NCBI GenBank assembly: GCA_964464335.1
Contig: CAYXFT010000001.1
Coordinates: 260 to 57,413 of the forward strand
Source: an uncultured Aeromicrobium sp.
GTDB taxonomy: Bacteria; Actinomycetota; Actinomycetes; Propionibacteriales; Nocardioidaceae
Length of the DNA: 57,154 nt
Direction: 5' to 3'
The notes under the pieces are model-generated. The model made no database searches. It saw only the letters and a list, made by a program, of their open reading frames with translations, and was not told the DNA's origin. The translations under genes were made by a program, and so were the position numbers. Below, piece by piece: positions 18,866 to 27,285 of this stretch (its first letter is position 1; every line of letters begins with the position of its first letter).

Positions 18866-19627
18866 TCACTCAGTTCTGTCGGACGGACGGTGGCGGTCGA
18901 GAAACGCGCGGGCTCCGCGCTGCGCCTCGCCCGAGGCGAGGACACGTTCGAGGACGGGCAGTTGGCGGGTGAACGCGGTGGCGACGTCGACGTCGCGCGA
19001 CGCGGCGATCACCTCCCGGGCTGCCGCACAGGCGATGGGCGGCACGGCGGCGACGGACTCCGCGAGCTGCAGGGCGGCTTCAAACGCGCCTCCGTCCGCG
19101 GTGACCTGGTTGACCAGACCCCACCGCGCCCCTTCCCGGGCCGACAGGCGCCGACCCGTCAGAGCGAGCTCCGTGGCGACCGCTGCCGGGAGGCGCTGGG
19201 CCAGACGGATCAGGCCGCCACCGCCGGCCAGCATGCCGCGGGGCGTCTCGGTGAGTGCGAGGAACGCGCTGTCGCCGGCGACGACGAGGTCGCAGGCGAG
19301 CACGGCCTCGAACCCGGCGCCGACGGCGTAGCCCTCGACCGCGGCGATCACGGGCTTGCTCGGCGCCACGCGGCCGAACCCGAGGAGTCCCCGCTCGGAG
19401 GTGTTCGGACGCTCGCCGGCCAGGAACGCGGCGAAGTCCATGCCCGAGCTGAACGCCCCGTCCGCCCCGTCCATGACCGCCACGCGCAGCGTGTCGTCCT
19501 GCTCGAGAATCTCGATCGTGCGTCCGACCTCCTCGGCCATCTCCCGGTTGATCGCGTTGCGGACGGACGGCCGGTTCAACCGGATGTGGAGCACCGCGTC
19601 GAGGCGGTCGATGAGCACGACTGGCAT
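18866..19627 (-). CDS. Enoyl-CoA hydratase (both Glu present)
   Basis: LNRP..RNA, FSSGMD, GAGFEA, LTETPRG. Confidence 0.9.
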   Translation of the reverse strand: MPVVLIDRLDAVLHIRLNRPSVRNAINREMAEEVGRTIEILEQDDTLRVAVMDGADGAFSSGMDFAAFLAGERPNTSERGLLGFGRVAPSKPVIAAVEGYAVGAGFEAVLACDLVVAGDSAFLALTETPRGMLAGGGGLIRLAQRLPAAVATELALTGRRLSAREGARWGLVNQVTADGGAFEAALQLAESVAAVPPIACAAAREVIAASRDVDVATAFTRQLPVLERVLASGEAQRGARAFLDRHRPSDRTE

Positions 19628-19640
19628 AGGATCTCCTTAA

Positions 19641-19661
19641 TAGGGCTATCATAGCCATGAT
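19641..19661. promoter_or_regulatory. Palindrome in divergent promoter; degenerate copy of the shared motif
   Basis: GGCTAT-C-ATAGCC at 19644-19656; reverse complement ATCATGGCTATGATAGCCCTA. Confidence 0.45.
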
Positions 19662-19694
19662 TCACCACGAACCATCGACGCCCGAGGAGATCTG

Positions 19695-20861
19695 ATGGAC
19701 CTGGACCTCACCGGAGCCGAGCTCGCCCTGCGCGACGACGTGCGCGCCTGGCTGCACGACCACGTCCCGACCGAGCCGCTCGCATCGCCCGACACCCCGT
19801 ACGGGCTCGAGCAGCACCGGGCGTGGGAGCAGGAGCTGTTCGAGGCGGGGTATGCCGCCGTCAGTTGGCCGGTCGAGCACGGTGGTCGAGGGCTCGACCC
19901 GATGGGGACGGCGATCTTCTACGGCGAATACGTCCGGGCCGGTGCCCCGGCTCGGTTGAACCGAATCGGTCTGGGCCTGTGCGGCCCGACCCTGATGGAG
20001 TGGGGCGCACCGGAGCAGCAGGAGCGCTGGCTCCGGTCGATCCTGAGCTGCGAGCACCTGTGGTGCCAGGGCTTCAGCGAGCCCGGGGCCGGTAGCGACC
20101 TCGCCGCGCTGCGCACCCGCGGCGACATCACCGCGCAGGGGATCGTGGTCAACGGACAGAAGGTGTGGACCTCGCATTCGCGCCACGCCGCGTGGATGTT
20201 CGCCCTCGTGCGGACCGATCCCGACGCCCGCCGGCACGACGGCCTGACACTCGTCATGATCGCGATGGACGGACCCGGCGTCGACGTGCGGCCCATCCGG
20301 CAACTGCACGGCGGTGCCGACTTCTCCGAAGTGTTCCTCACCGACGTCCTCGTCCCGCACGACTGCGTGATCGGTCCTGCCGGCCAGGGCTGGAAGGTCG
20401 CGATGACGACGCTGCGTCACGAGCGGGGAAGCGGACTGAACACGCCGGACCACTTCGAGCTCCTGCTCCACGAGGTTGCCGGCCTGGTGCCGGCGCACCG
20501 CCGCGACGACCCGCGGGTGCTCGAGCGGCTCGGCCTGCTGTCCGAGCAGGTCGAGGCCTATCGGCGGATGTCCCTGCGCACCCTCACCGAGATGGCCGAG
20601 GACCGGCGGCTCGGCCCTCAGTCGATGATGGGCAAACTCTGGTGGTCCGAGATGCAGACCCGGATCTTCGACCTCGCGTTCGACCTGCTCGGCGAGGAGG
20701 GCGTCGTCGCCGACCCGCCGAGCGCCGGCACCTCCGGGCTCCTGCACCGCTACTGGCTCTCGCGGGCCGCACACATCTTCGCCGGGACGAACGAGATCCA
20801 ACGCGACGTGATCGCCGAACGCGTTCTCGGCATGCCCAAGGGGAGTCGTCGTGCGCGGTGA
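19695..20861 (+). CDS. Acyl-CoA dehydrogenase, catalytic subunit (FadE30/FadE31-like)
   Basis: WCQGFSEPGAGSDLA, NGQKVWTS, HERG, IFAGTNEIQ. Confidence 0.93.
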   Translation: MDLDLTGAELALRDDVRAWLHDHVPTEPLASPDTPYGLEQHRAWEQELFEAGYAAVSWPVEHGGRGLDPMGTAIFYGEYVRAGAPARLNRIGLGLCGPTLMEWGAPEQQERWLRSILSCEHLWCQGFSEPGAGSDLAALRTRGDITAQGIVVNGQKVWTSHSRHAAWMFALVRTDPDARRHDGLTLVMIAMDGPGVDVRPIRQLHGGADFSEVFLTDVLVPHDCVIGPAGQGWKVAMTTLRHERGSGLNTPDHFELLLHEVAGLVPAHRRDDPRVLERLGLLSEQVEAYRRMSLRTLTEMAEDRRLGPQSMMGKLWWSEMQTRIFDLAFDLLGEEGVVADPPSAGTSGLLHRYWLSRAAHIFAGTNEIQRDVIAERVLGMPKGSRRAR

Positions 20862-21867
20862 CCTGACCACCGAGCAGCGCGCGTTCGGACATGTCGTCGC
20901 GTCGGCACTCGACGTGCATGCACGTCCGGCCGACGTCCGCCGGATCTGGGCCGAGCCGAAGGAGGGCGACTCCGTCTGGGACATGCTCGTCGACCTCGGC
21001 GTCCTGGCCGCCGTGGTTCCGGAGCGCCACGGCGGCGCGGGCGGCGAGCCCCTCGACCTCGCCCTCCCGCTCGAGGAGATCGGCCGCCATGCGCTCCCCC
21101 TCCCGATCGTCGAGACGGTGACCGCGACGCTGGCGCTCGCCTCCTGCCCCGACCAGGTCGCCTCCGCGTGGCTCCCGTCGGTGACCGACGGGCGGGCCCG
21201 GTTCTCGATGGTGGGTGCCTCCGGGCTGACGCCGCATGGCGCCTCGAGCGACGCGACGCTCGTGGCGTCCGGCGACCACGTCGAATTGTTCGTCACCTCC
21301 GACGTCGAGTGGGCCCGCGTCGACTCGATCGACGCGGGCCTCGACCTCACGCGGTGGACTCGCTCGTCGACGCCCGGCCTCCGCCTCGCGATGCCGGCAC
21401 CGATCGTGCGGGCGACTGCGGCCTGGACCAGCGCACTGGTGCTCGTCGGACTGGCGCAGCGCATGGTCGAGGTCACCCGCGACCACACGGTGCAGCGCGA
21501 GCAGTTCGGGCGACCGATCGCCGAGTTCCAAGCGCTCAAGCACCGTCTCGCCGATGCGGCGGTCGCAGTCGAGGCGGCGCGAGGGCTGGCCTGGTTCGCC
21601 GCCTACGCCGCGGGACGGCGTCCCGACGAGCTCGTACAGGCCGCCCGTCTGGCCAAGAGCTCGGCCAGCGACGCGGCACGGATCGCCGGAGCCGCGGCGC
21701 TGCAGCTGCACGGCGGCATCGGCTTCACCTGGGACCACGACCTGCATCTCCACCTCCAGCGCGCCCGATCCCTGGAGACCTGGTTCGGCTCGGCTGCCGA
21801 GCACCGTCTCGCGGCCGGCCGGGCCCTGCTGGCCTCTCTCACCTCGGAGCCCCACCATGACTGTTGA
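20851..21867 (+). CDS. Acyl-CoA dehydrogenase, short partner subunit (FadE32/FadE33-like)
   Basis: REQFGRPIAEFQALKH, LQLHGGIGFTWDHDLH. Confidence 0.9.
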   Translation: MRGDLTTEQRAFGHVVASALDVHARPADVRRIWAEPKEGDSVWDMLVDLGVLAAVVPERHGGAGGEPLDLALPLEEIGRHALPLPIVETVTATLALASCPDQVASAWLPSVTDGRARFSMVGASGLTPHGASSDATLVASGDHVELFVTSDVEWARVDSIDAGLDLTRWTRSSTPGLRLAMPAPIVRATAAWTSALVLVGLAQRMVEVTRDHTVQREQFGRPIAEFQALKHRLADAAVAVEAARGLAWFAAYAAGRRPDELVQAARLAKSSASDAARIAGAAALQLHGGIGFTWDHDLHLHLQRARSLETWFGSAAEHRLAAGRALLASLTSEPHHDC

Positions 21868-23974
21868 GCCTTCTGTCCTTGCCCCCGCCGACCAGCGCGT
21901 GGTCGCGATGCTGCGGAGCGCTCGACGCGTCGCGATCATCGGGGCCTCCGACGACCCGACCAAGCCGTCCGGGCGTCCCCAGCACTATCTGCGTCGCTAC
22001 GGTTTCGACGGCGAGGTCTATCCGATCAACCCCCGTCGGGCCGAGGTGCAGGGTGCCGTGGCCTACGCCTCGCTCGACGACGTGCCGCACCCCCCCGACG
22101 TCGCCGTGATCGTCGTGCCGTCCGACCGGGTCGAGGATGCCGTCGCCGCCAGCGGCAGGGCCGGAGTGGGCGTTGCGGTCGTCTTCGCCGCCGGGTACGC
22201 AGAGGTGCCGGACGGTGCCGAGCGGCAGGCGAGCCTGCTGCGGGTCGCGCGTGAGAACGGGGTCCGGGTGATCGGCCCGAACTGCGTGGGAGCAGTGGTG
22301 GCGCCCGCCCTGACGGCGTCCTTCATGTCGGGCCTCGAGCAGGACCGCTTCGACCTGCGCGACGACGGCATCGCCTTCGTGTCCCAGAGCGGGGCGATGG
22401 GCGCCTTCATCCTGAACATGGCCCAGAGCGAGCAGCTCGGGCTGGGCCTGTTCGTCAGTACCGGCAACGAGATGGACGTGACGCTGCCGGAGGTCCTCGG
22501 CGAGCTGGTCGACGACGAATCCACCCAAGTCGTGCTCGGGTACATCGAGGGCATCCGCGACGGTCGGGCCTTCGAGGACGCGCTGGCCGCGGCCCAGGGA
22601 CGCGACCTGCCGGTCTGCCTGCTCAAGGTCGGCACCTCCGAGCGCGGGGCGGCCGCCGCGTCGTCGCACACGGGGTCGTTGGCCGGCGCCGACGTCGTCT
22701 ACCAGGGGGTGTTCGACCGGTACGGCGTCCACCGGGCCGCGTCGGTCGAGGAACTCCTCGACCTCGGCCGGATCTTCGCGCTCGCGCCCCGGGCCGCGGG
22801 GTCGCGCGTCTCGATCATCACGATCTCCGGCGGCGCCGGAGCGCTGATGACCGACGAGGCCGAGGCCGCCGGTCTCGAGATCGAGGAGTGGGACGAGACC
22901 TGGCGCGCCCGGATGGCGACGGGGCTGCCCACCTTCGCCTCGTCCACCAACCCGATCGACGCGACGGGTGTCATCGGGATCGACGACGCCGCGCTGCGGC
23001 ACACGCTGACGGTGGGCCTGGACCACCCCCGGACCGACGTCGTGGTCCTGGTGCTCGGCAACCTCGACGGCGAGGAGGAGCGGATCTGCTCCATCGTGCT
23101 CGAGGTCGCCGGCACCTCTCCGAAGCCCGTCGTCGTGACATGGGTGGGCGGGTCCGGGCTGGCGCCGCGGCTGCTCCACGCCGGCGGCGTCCCGACCTTC
23201 TCGGACCCCCGCCGCACGATGCGGGCCGTCGGCGCACTGTGCCGACAGTCGGCTGCACGCGCCGCGGCCGCGCCGCGCGGTGACGGTTCGCCGGTCGTCG
23301 TCGACCCGCCGGGCGCGGGGCCTTGGGACGAGCACACCGCGGCCCGTCTGCTCGCGTCGGCCGGCGTGCCGATGCTGCTCGGCCAGGTCGTGGAGACACC
23401 CGACGAGGCGCGCGCGGTGGCTCGGTCGCGTCCCGTGGTGGTGAAACTGGTCTCCGACCAGGTGCGGCACAAGACCGAGATCGGGGCGGTCCGCCTCGGC
23501 CTGGCCACCGACGACCAGATCGTCGCGGCCGCGACAGACGTCCTCGAGATCGGCCGGAGCCTCGGGCTCACCGACGCGCGGGTGCTCGTGCAGCCGATGG
23601 CATCCCCGAGCCTCGAGCTGCTGCTCGGCGCACACGTCGACCCGGTGTTCGGGTCCGTCACGTTGGTCGGCGTCGGCGGGGTCCACGCCGAGGTCCTCGG
23701 TGACGTCCAGGTCCGCCCGTCCCCCGTCACCCCCGGCGAGGCCGTCGAGATGCTCGACGCTCTCCGGGCGTCGGCACTGCTGCACGGTGTGAGAGGTCAC
23801 GCCGCGGTCGACGTCTCGGCCCTCGCCGACACGGTCGCCCACTTCTCGCGACTGGCCCACACACTGCAGCACCGCACGGCGTCGATCGAGGTGAACCCGT
23901 TGCGCTTCCTGCCCGACGGGACGCCCATCGGCGTGGACGCCCTGATGATCCCCACCGACCAGGAGGACGCATGA
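21857..23974 (+). CDS. ADP-forming acyl-CoA ligase (acetate-CoA ligase family, fused CoA-binding/ATP-grasp)
   Basis: IIGAS, YPINP, GPNC, VSQSG, STGNE, phospho-His SHTG, HKTEIG, EVNP. Confidence 0.9.
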   Translation: MTVEPSVLAPADQRVVAMLRSARRVAIIGASDDPTKPSGRPQHYLRRYGFDGEVYPINPRRAEVQGAVAYASLDDVPHPPDVAVIVVPSDRVEDAVAASGRAGVGVAVVFAAGYAEVPDGAERQASLLRVARENGVRVIGPNCVGAVVAPALTASFMSGLEQDRFDLRDDGIAFVSQSGAMGAFILNMAQSEQLGLGLFVSTGNEMDVTLPEVLGELVDDESTQVVLGYIEGIRDGRAFEDALAAAQGRDLPVCLLKVGTSERGAAAASSHTGSLAGADVVYQGVFDRYGVHRAASVEELLDLGRIFALAPRAAGSRVSIITISGGAGALMTDEAEAAGLEIEEWDETWRARMATGLPTFASSTNPIDATGVIGIDDAALRHTLTVGLDHPRTDVVVLVLGNLDGEEERICSIVLEVAGTSPKPVVVTWVGGSGLAPRLLHAGGVPTFSDPRRTMRAVGALCRQSAARAAAAPRGDGSPVVVDPPGAGPWDEHTAARLLASAGVPMLLGQVVETPDEARAVARSRPVVVKLVSDQVRHKTEIGAVRLGLATDDQIVAAATDVLEIGRSLGLTDARVLVQPMASPSLELLLGAHVDPVFGSVTLVGVGGVHAEVLGDVQVRPSPVTPGEAVEMLDALRASALLHGVRGHAAVDVSALADTVAHFSRLAHTLQHRTASIEVNPLRFLPDGTPIGVDALMIPTDQEDA

Positions 23975-24723
23975 GCGAACGACGAGTGGCCCTGGTGACG
24001 GGGGCGGGCCGAGGCATCGGTGCCGCGATCGTCGAGCGGTTGGTCGCGACCGGCCACGTGGTCGTCGGCATCGACGTCGACGAGGCGGCGCTGTCCGAGC
24101 TGGCGGGGCGGTTCTCGTCGACCGACCTGGTGCCGATCGTCGGCGACGTCGGACGTCCCGAGGCGTGGGGCGATGCCGTGGCCGCGGCGCACGCGTCCGC
24201 AGGACCGGTCGGCGTACTGATCAACAATGCGGCGATCTCACCCAAGGTCGACGGACTCCGGACCCCGAGCGACCGGATCGCGCGACAGGAATGGGACAGG
24301 GTGCTGAGCGTCAACGTCACCGGTGCGTTTCTCGGGTTCCAGGCCGTGGTCGGCGACATGCGAGGTCAGGGCTGGGGACGGATCATCCAGATCTCGTCCG
24401 GCTCGGCCAAGGCCGGAGCCCGTGTGGCCGGACTCCACTACGCCACGTCGAAGGCGGCGCTCCTCGGGCTCACCCGGACCTTGGCCCTCGAACTGGGACT
24501 CGACGGCATCACCGTCAATGCGATCACTCCCGGACGCATCGCGACCCCGATGGCCGCCGCCGTGTCCGCCGAGGTCAACCAGATGTTCCTCGACGAGATC
24601 CCCGTCGGCCGCCTCGGCACCGGTGCCGACATCGCGGCGATGGTGGACTTCCTCGCGTCGGACGACGCCGGGTTCGTCACCGGCGCCACCTTCGACGTCA
24701 ACGGCGGAGGCTACATCGGATGA
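23971..24723 (+). CDS. SDR family oxidoreductase (FabG-like)
   Basis: TGAGRGIG, NNAA, YATSK, IPVGRLG. Confidence 0.92.
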   Translation: MSERRVALVTGAGRGIGAAIVERLVATGHVVVGIDVDEAALSELAGRFSSTDLVPIVGDVGRPEAWGDAVAAAHASAGPVGVLINNAAISPKVDGLRTPSDRIARQEWDRVLSVNVTGAFLGFQAVVGDMRGQGWGRIIQISSGSAKAGARVAGLHYATSKAALLGLTRTLALELGLDGITVNAITPGRIATPMAAAVSAEVNQMFLDEIPVGRLGTGADIAAMVDFLASDDAGFVTGATFDVNGGGYIG

Positions 24724-24729
24724 GGACGG

Positions 24730-25434
24730 TCACGAATGCATGCGCGGGATGATCGGGTCGTCGAGCAGCCGCTGCTGCTCGATGAAGCCCCGGTACCCCT
24801 CGAGGTGACGACGCATGGCCGACTCGGCCGCGCCGGGGTCACCGGCGGCGATCGCGGCGGCGATCTCCTCGTGCTCGCGGACGTTGCGCTCCGCCGTCTC
24901 GCGGGTCACCCGGTCGTAACGGACCTGGTTCTCGAGCGTCGTGCCGAGCGCCGCCAGGATGATCGCGTGCACGCCGTTGCCGGAGGCCTGCGCCACGAGC
25001 TCGTGGAAGCTGGCCACGTGGCGGCCCCCACCACCGTCGCCGGCGATGTCGGTGAGGCCCTGGCGCTGCTCGTCGCTCGCGTGCGTCGCGGCGAGGCGAG
25101 CCACGGTCGGCTCCACGTCGAGACGGAAGTCAGCGAACTCGCGCAGGCTGGTGTCGCGACTGCTGAACAGCAGCGCCATGGTCTCGCTGATCTGACCGAT
25201 GCCGACCTCGCGGACGAAGATGCCGCCGGTCGCGCCGCGGCGGATCTCGATCAGGCCGTCGCGCTCGAGGATCCTCAGACCCTCGCGGACCGTGACACGG
25301 CCGAGCCCGTGTCGCTCCATGAGCTCGGCCTCGGAGGCCAGCCGGGAGCCGACGGGAAGGCGCTCGGACAGGATGCGCCGGCGGACGTCGGTCACCACGA
25401 GGTCGGAGGCCTTCGGCAACCGGCTGGACCTCAC
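24730..25434 (-). CDS. GntR/FadR-family regulator
   Basis: PKAS, RLASE, GRVTVREGLRILE, FCD His motifs; GTG with AAGGAG RBS. Confidence 0.9.
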   Translation of the reverse strand: MRSSRLPKASDLVVTDVRRRILSERLPVGSRLASEAELMERHGLGRVTVREGLRILERDGLIEIRRGATGGIFVREVGIGQISETMALLFSSRDTSLREFADFRLDVEPTVARLAATHASDEQRQGLTDIAGDGGGGRHVASFHELVAQASGNGVHAIILAALGTTLENQVRYDRVTRETAERNVREHEEIAAAIAAGDPGAAESAMRRHLEGYRGFIEQQRLLDDPIIPRMHS

Positions 25435-25547
25435 GCCCCACTCCTTCCCGTACTCCGTCGAGCACGTGCTCCGCGACGACGCGGCGGGCGCTCCTGCATT
25501 CCTTGCCATGTTAGCCCCCGCAGAACCACGAGAACGGACGGTCGGTC

Positions 25548-26333
25548 ATGAACAGCACCGGATACGCACCGCTGGTCACCGGGCCGGCGCTCGACGGCCA
25601 GCTGGCCGTCGTCACGGGCGGCGTCGGCGGCATCGGCGCCGCGATCAGCGAGGCGCTCGTCCGCGACGGCGCCACCGTCATCGCTGCCGACGTCGCCCCG
25701 GACACCCTCGAGCGTGGTGCCGAGATGTTCGCGCACCTGGCCGGCGTCCCCGGCGTCGGCGAGGTGGTCCCGACCGTCCTGGACGTCACCGATCCCGAAG
25801 CCATCGAGGCGCTGGCGGCCGAGCTCGGGACGGTCCACGTGCTGGTCAACAACGCCGGGGTCGGCGGCACGACCGCCCCCGTCTGGGAGACCGGGATCGA
25901 CCGCTGGCGTCGTGATCTCGACATCATGCTGACCGGTCCGTTCCTGATGTGCCGGGCGTTCCTGCCGGGGATGCTCGCGGTGGACTACGGACGCGTCGTC
26001 AACATCTCGAGCATGGCCGGCAAGGAGGGCAACGCCGACACCGTCAGCTACTCGTCGGCCAAGGCCGGGCTGATTGGGCTGACCAAGGTCGTCGGCAAGG
26101 AGGTCGCCGGGACCGGCGTGCTCGTCAACGCCGTGACGCCGGGCGTCGTCGAGAGCCCGATGAACCACGCGGTGCCCGAGGAGTTCCACCGCGCCGTGCT
26201 CGCCAAGATCCCCATGGGGCGCCCGGGCTCGCGGGCCGAGCTCGCCGAACTGGTGCGTTTCCTGGCCAGTCCTCGCGTCGGGTTCTCGACCGGCGCCGTC
26301 TTCGACTTCAGCGGCGGTCGCGCGACCTACTGA
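25548..26333 (+). CDS. SDR family oxidoreductase
   Basis: TGGVGGIG, NNAG, SSMAGKEGN, YSSAK, DFSGGRATY. Confidence 0.92.
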   Translation: MNSTGYAPLVTGPALDGQLAVVTGGVGGIGAAISEALVRDGATVIAADVAPDTLERGAEMFAHLAGVPGVGEVVPTVLDVTDPEAIEALAAELGTVHVLVNNAGVGGTTAPVWETGIDRWRRDLDIMLTGPFLMCRAFLPGMLAVDYGRVVNISSMAGKEGNADTVSYSSAKAGLIGLTKVVGKEVAGTGVLVNAVTPGVVESPMNHAVPEEFHRAVLAKIPMGRPGSRAELAELVRFLASPRVGFSTGAVFDFSGGRATY

Positions 26334-26376
26334 TCGCCGATCGCCCCCCACGACCGCACCATCCGAGGAGCACGAC

Positions 26377-27285
26377 ATGGCCGATGGCCTCCCTGACATC
26401 CCCCGCTACCGCGACCTGCCCGATGGTGACGCGGTCGGCGTCTTCGGCGCCGACGACGTGATCGGATCGCTCAACCGGCTGACGGACGAGCGGGTGCGCG
26501 ACGCGGCGGCACTGGTCCGCACCGGTGAGCGGTTCAGCCTGAGCGCCCCTCTGACGTGGCCCGACCCGCCGCTGTACGGGCGCGACCCGCTCGAGCACAC
26601 GATCCTGCGCACCGCACTGGGCAACCGCGACGACGTGCTCCAGAACTTCTACCCGCAGGGCTCGAGCCAGTGGGACGCGTTCACGCACATCCGGGACCCC
26701 GAGCTCGACTGGTACAACCGTCGCGAGGTCGAGCAGCTGGGCATCGAGACCTGGAGCCGGTGGGGGATCGTCGGTCGGGCCGTCCTGATCGACGCCGCGC
26801 ACCACTGTGCGCAGTGGGGGCGCCCGCTCGACTGGCGGTCGCGCGACACCGTGGATGTCGACGACCTCATCCAGATGGTCGAGTCCGACGGCATCGAGCG
26901 ACGGTCCGGCGACGTGCTCCTGCTGCGCACGGGCTGGACCCAGGGCTACCAGGCCGCGAACGCGGTCGAGCGTCTCGCCGTGAAGACCGACCCGACGTCG
27001 CCCGGACTCGCTGCCAGCCCGGAGATGCTCGAGTTCCTTTGGGACTGGGGCGTGAGCGCCGTGGCGAGCGACAACATCTCGGTCGAGGCGCTGCCACCCG
27101 ACGGCTTCGTCCTCCATCCGCACCTGCTCAACCGGCTCGGCATCCCGATCGGCGAACTGTGGTGGCTGGACGCGCTCGCGGGCGCCTCACGCGCCGACGG
27201 CCGCTTCGAGTCGATGCTCGTCTCGGTCCCGCTCGACCTGCCCGGCGGCGTCGGGTCGCCCTGCAACGCGATCGCGATCCGATGA
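26377..27285 (+). CDS. Cyclase-family (kynurenine formamidase-like) metallohydrolase
   Basis: IGSLN, QGSSQWDAFTH, GIVGRAVLID, GDVLLLRTGW, GIPIGELW, GGVGSP. Confidence 0.88.
   Translation: MADGLPDIPRYRDLPDGDAVGVFGADDVIGSLNRLTDERVRDAAALVRTGERFSLSAPLTWPDPPLYGRDPLEHTILRTALGNRDDVLQNFYPQGSSQWDAFTHIRDPELDWYNRREVEQLGIETWSRWGIVGRAVLIDAAHHCAQWGRPLDWRSRDTVDVDDLIQMVESDGIERRSGDVLLLRTGWTQGYQAANAVERLAVKTDPTSPGLAASPEMLEFLWDWGVSAVASDNISVEALPPDGFVLHPHLLNRLGIPIGELWWLDALAGASRADGRFESMLVSVPLDLPGGVGSPCNAIAIR

Noticed and set aside
21236..21856. Apparent N-terminal extensions or fusions in the ORF track (912 aa at 21236, 895 aa at 26556, 626 aa at 16163, 567 aa at 5785 and 6561, 524 aa at 36651)
   Set aside because: Extensions overlap upstream real genes in another frame; true starts have an RBS or ATGA/GTGA coupling
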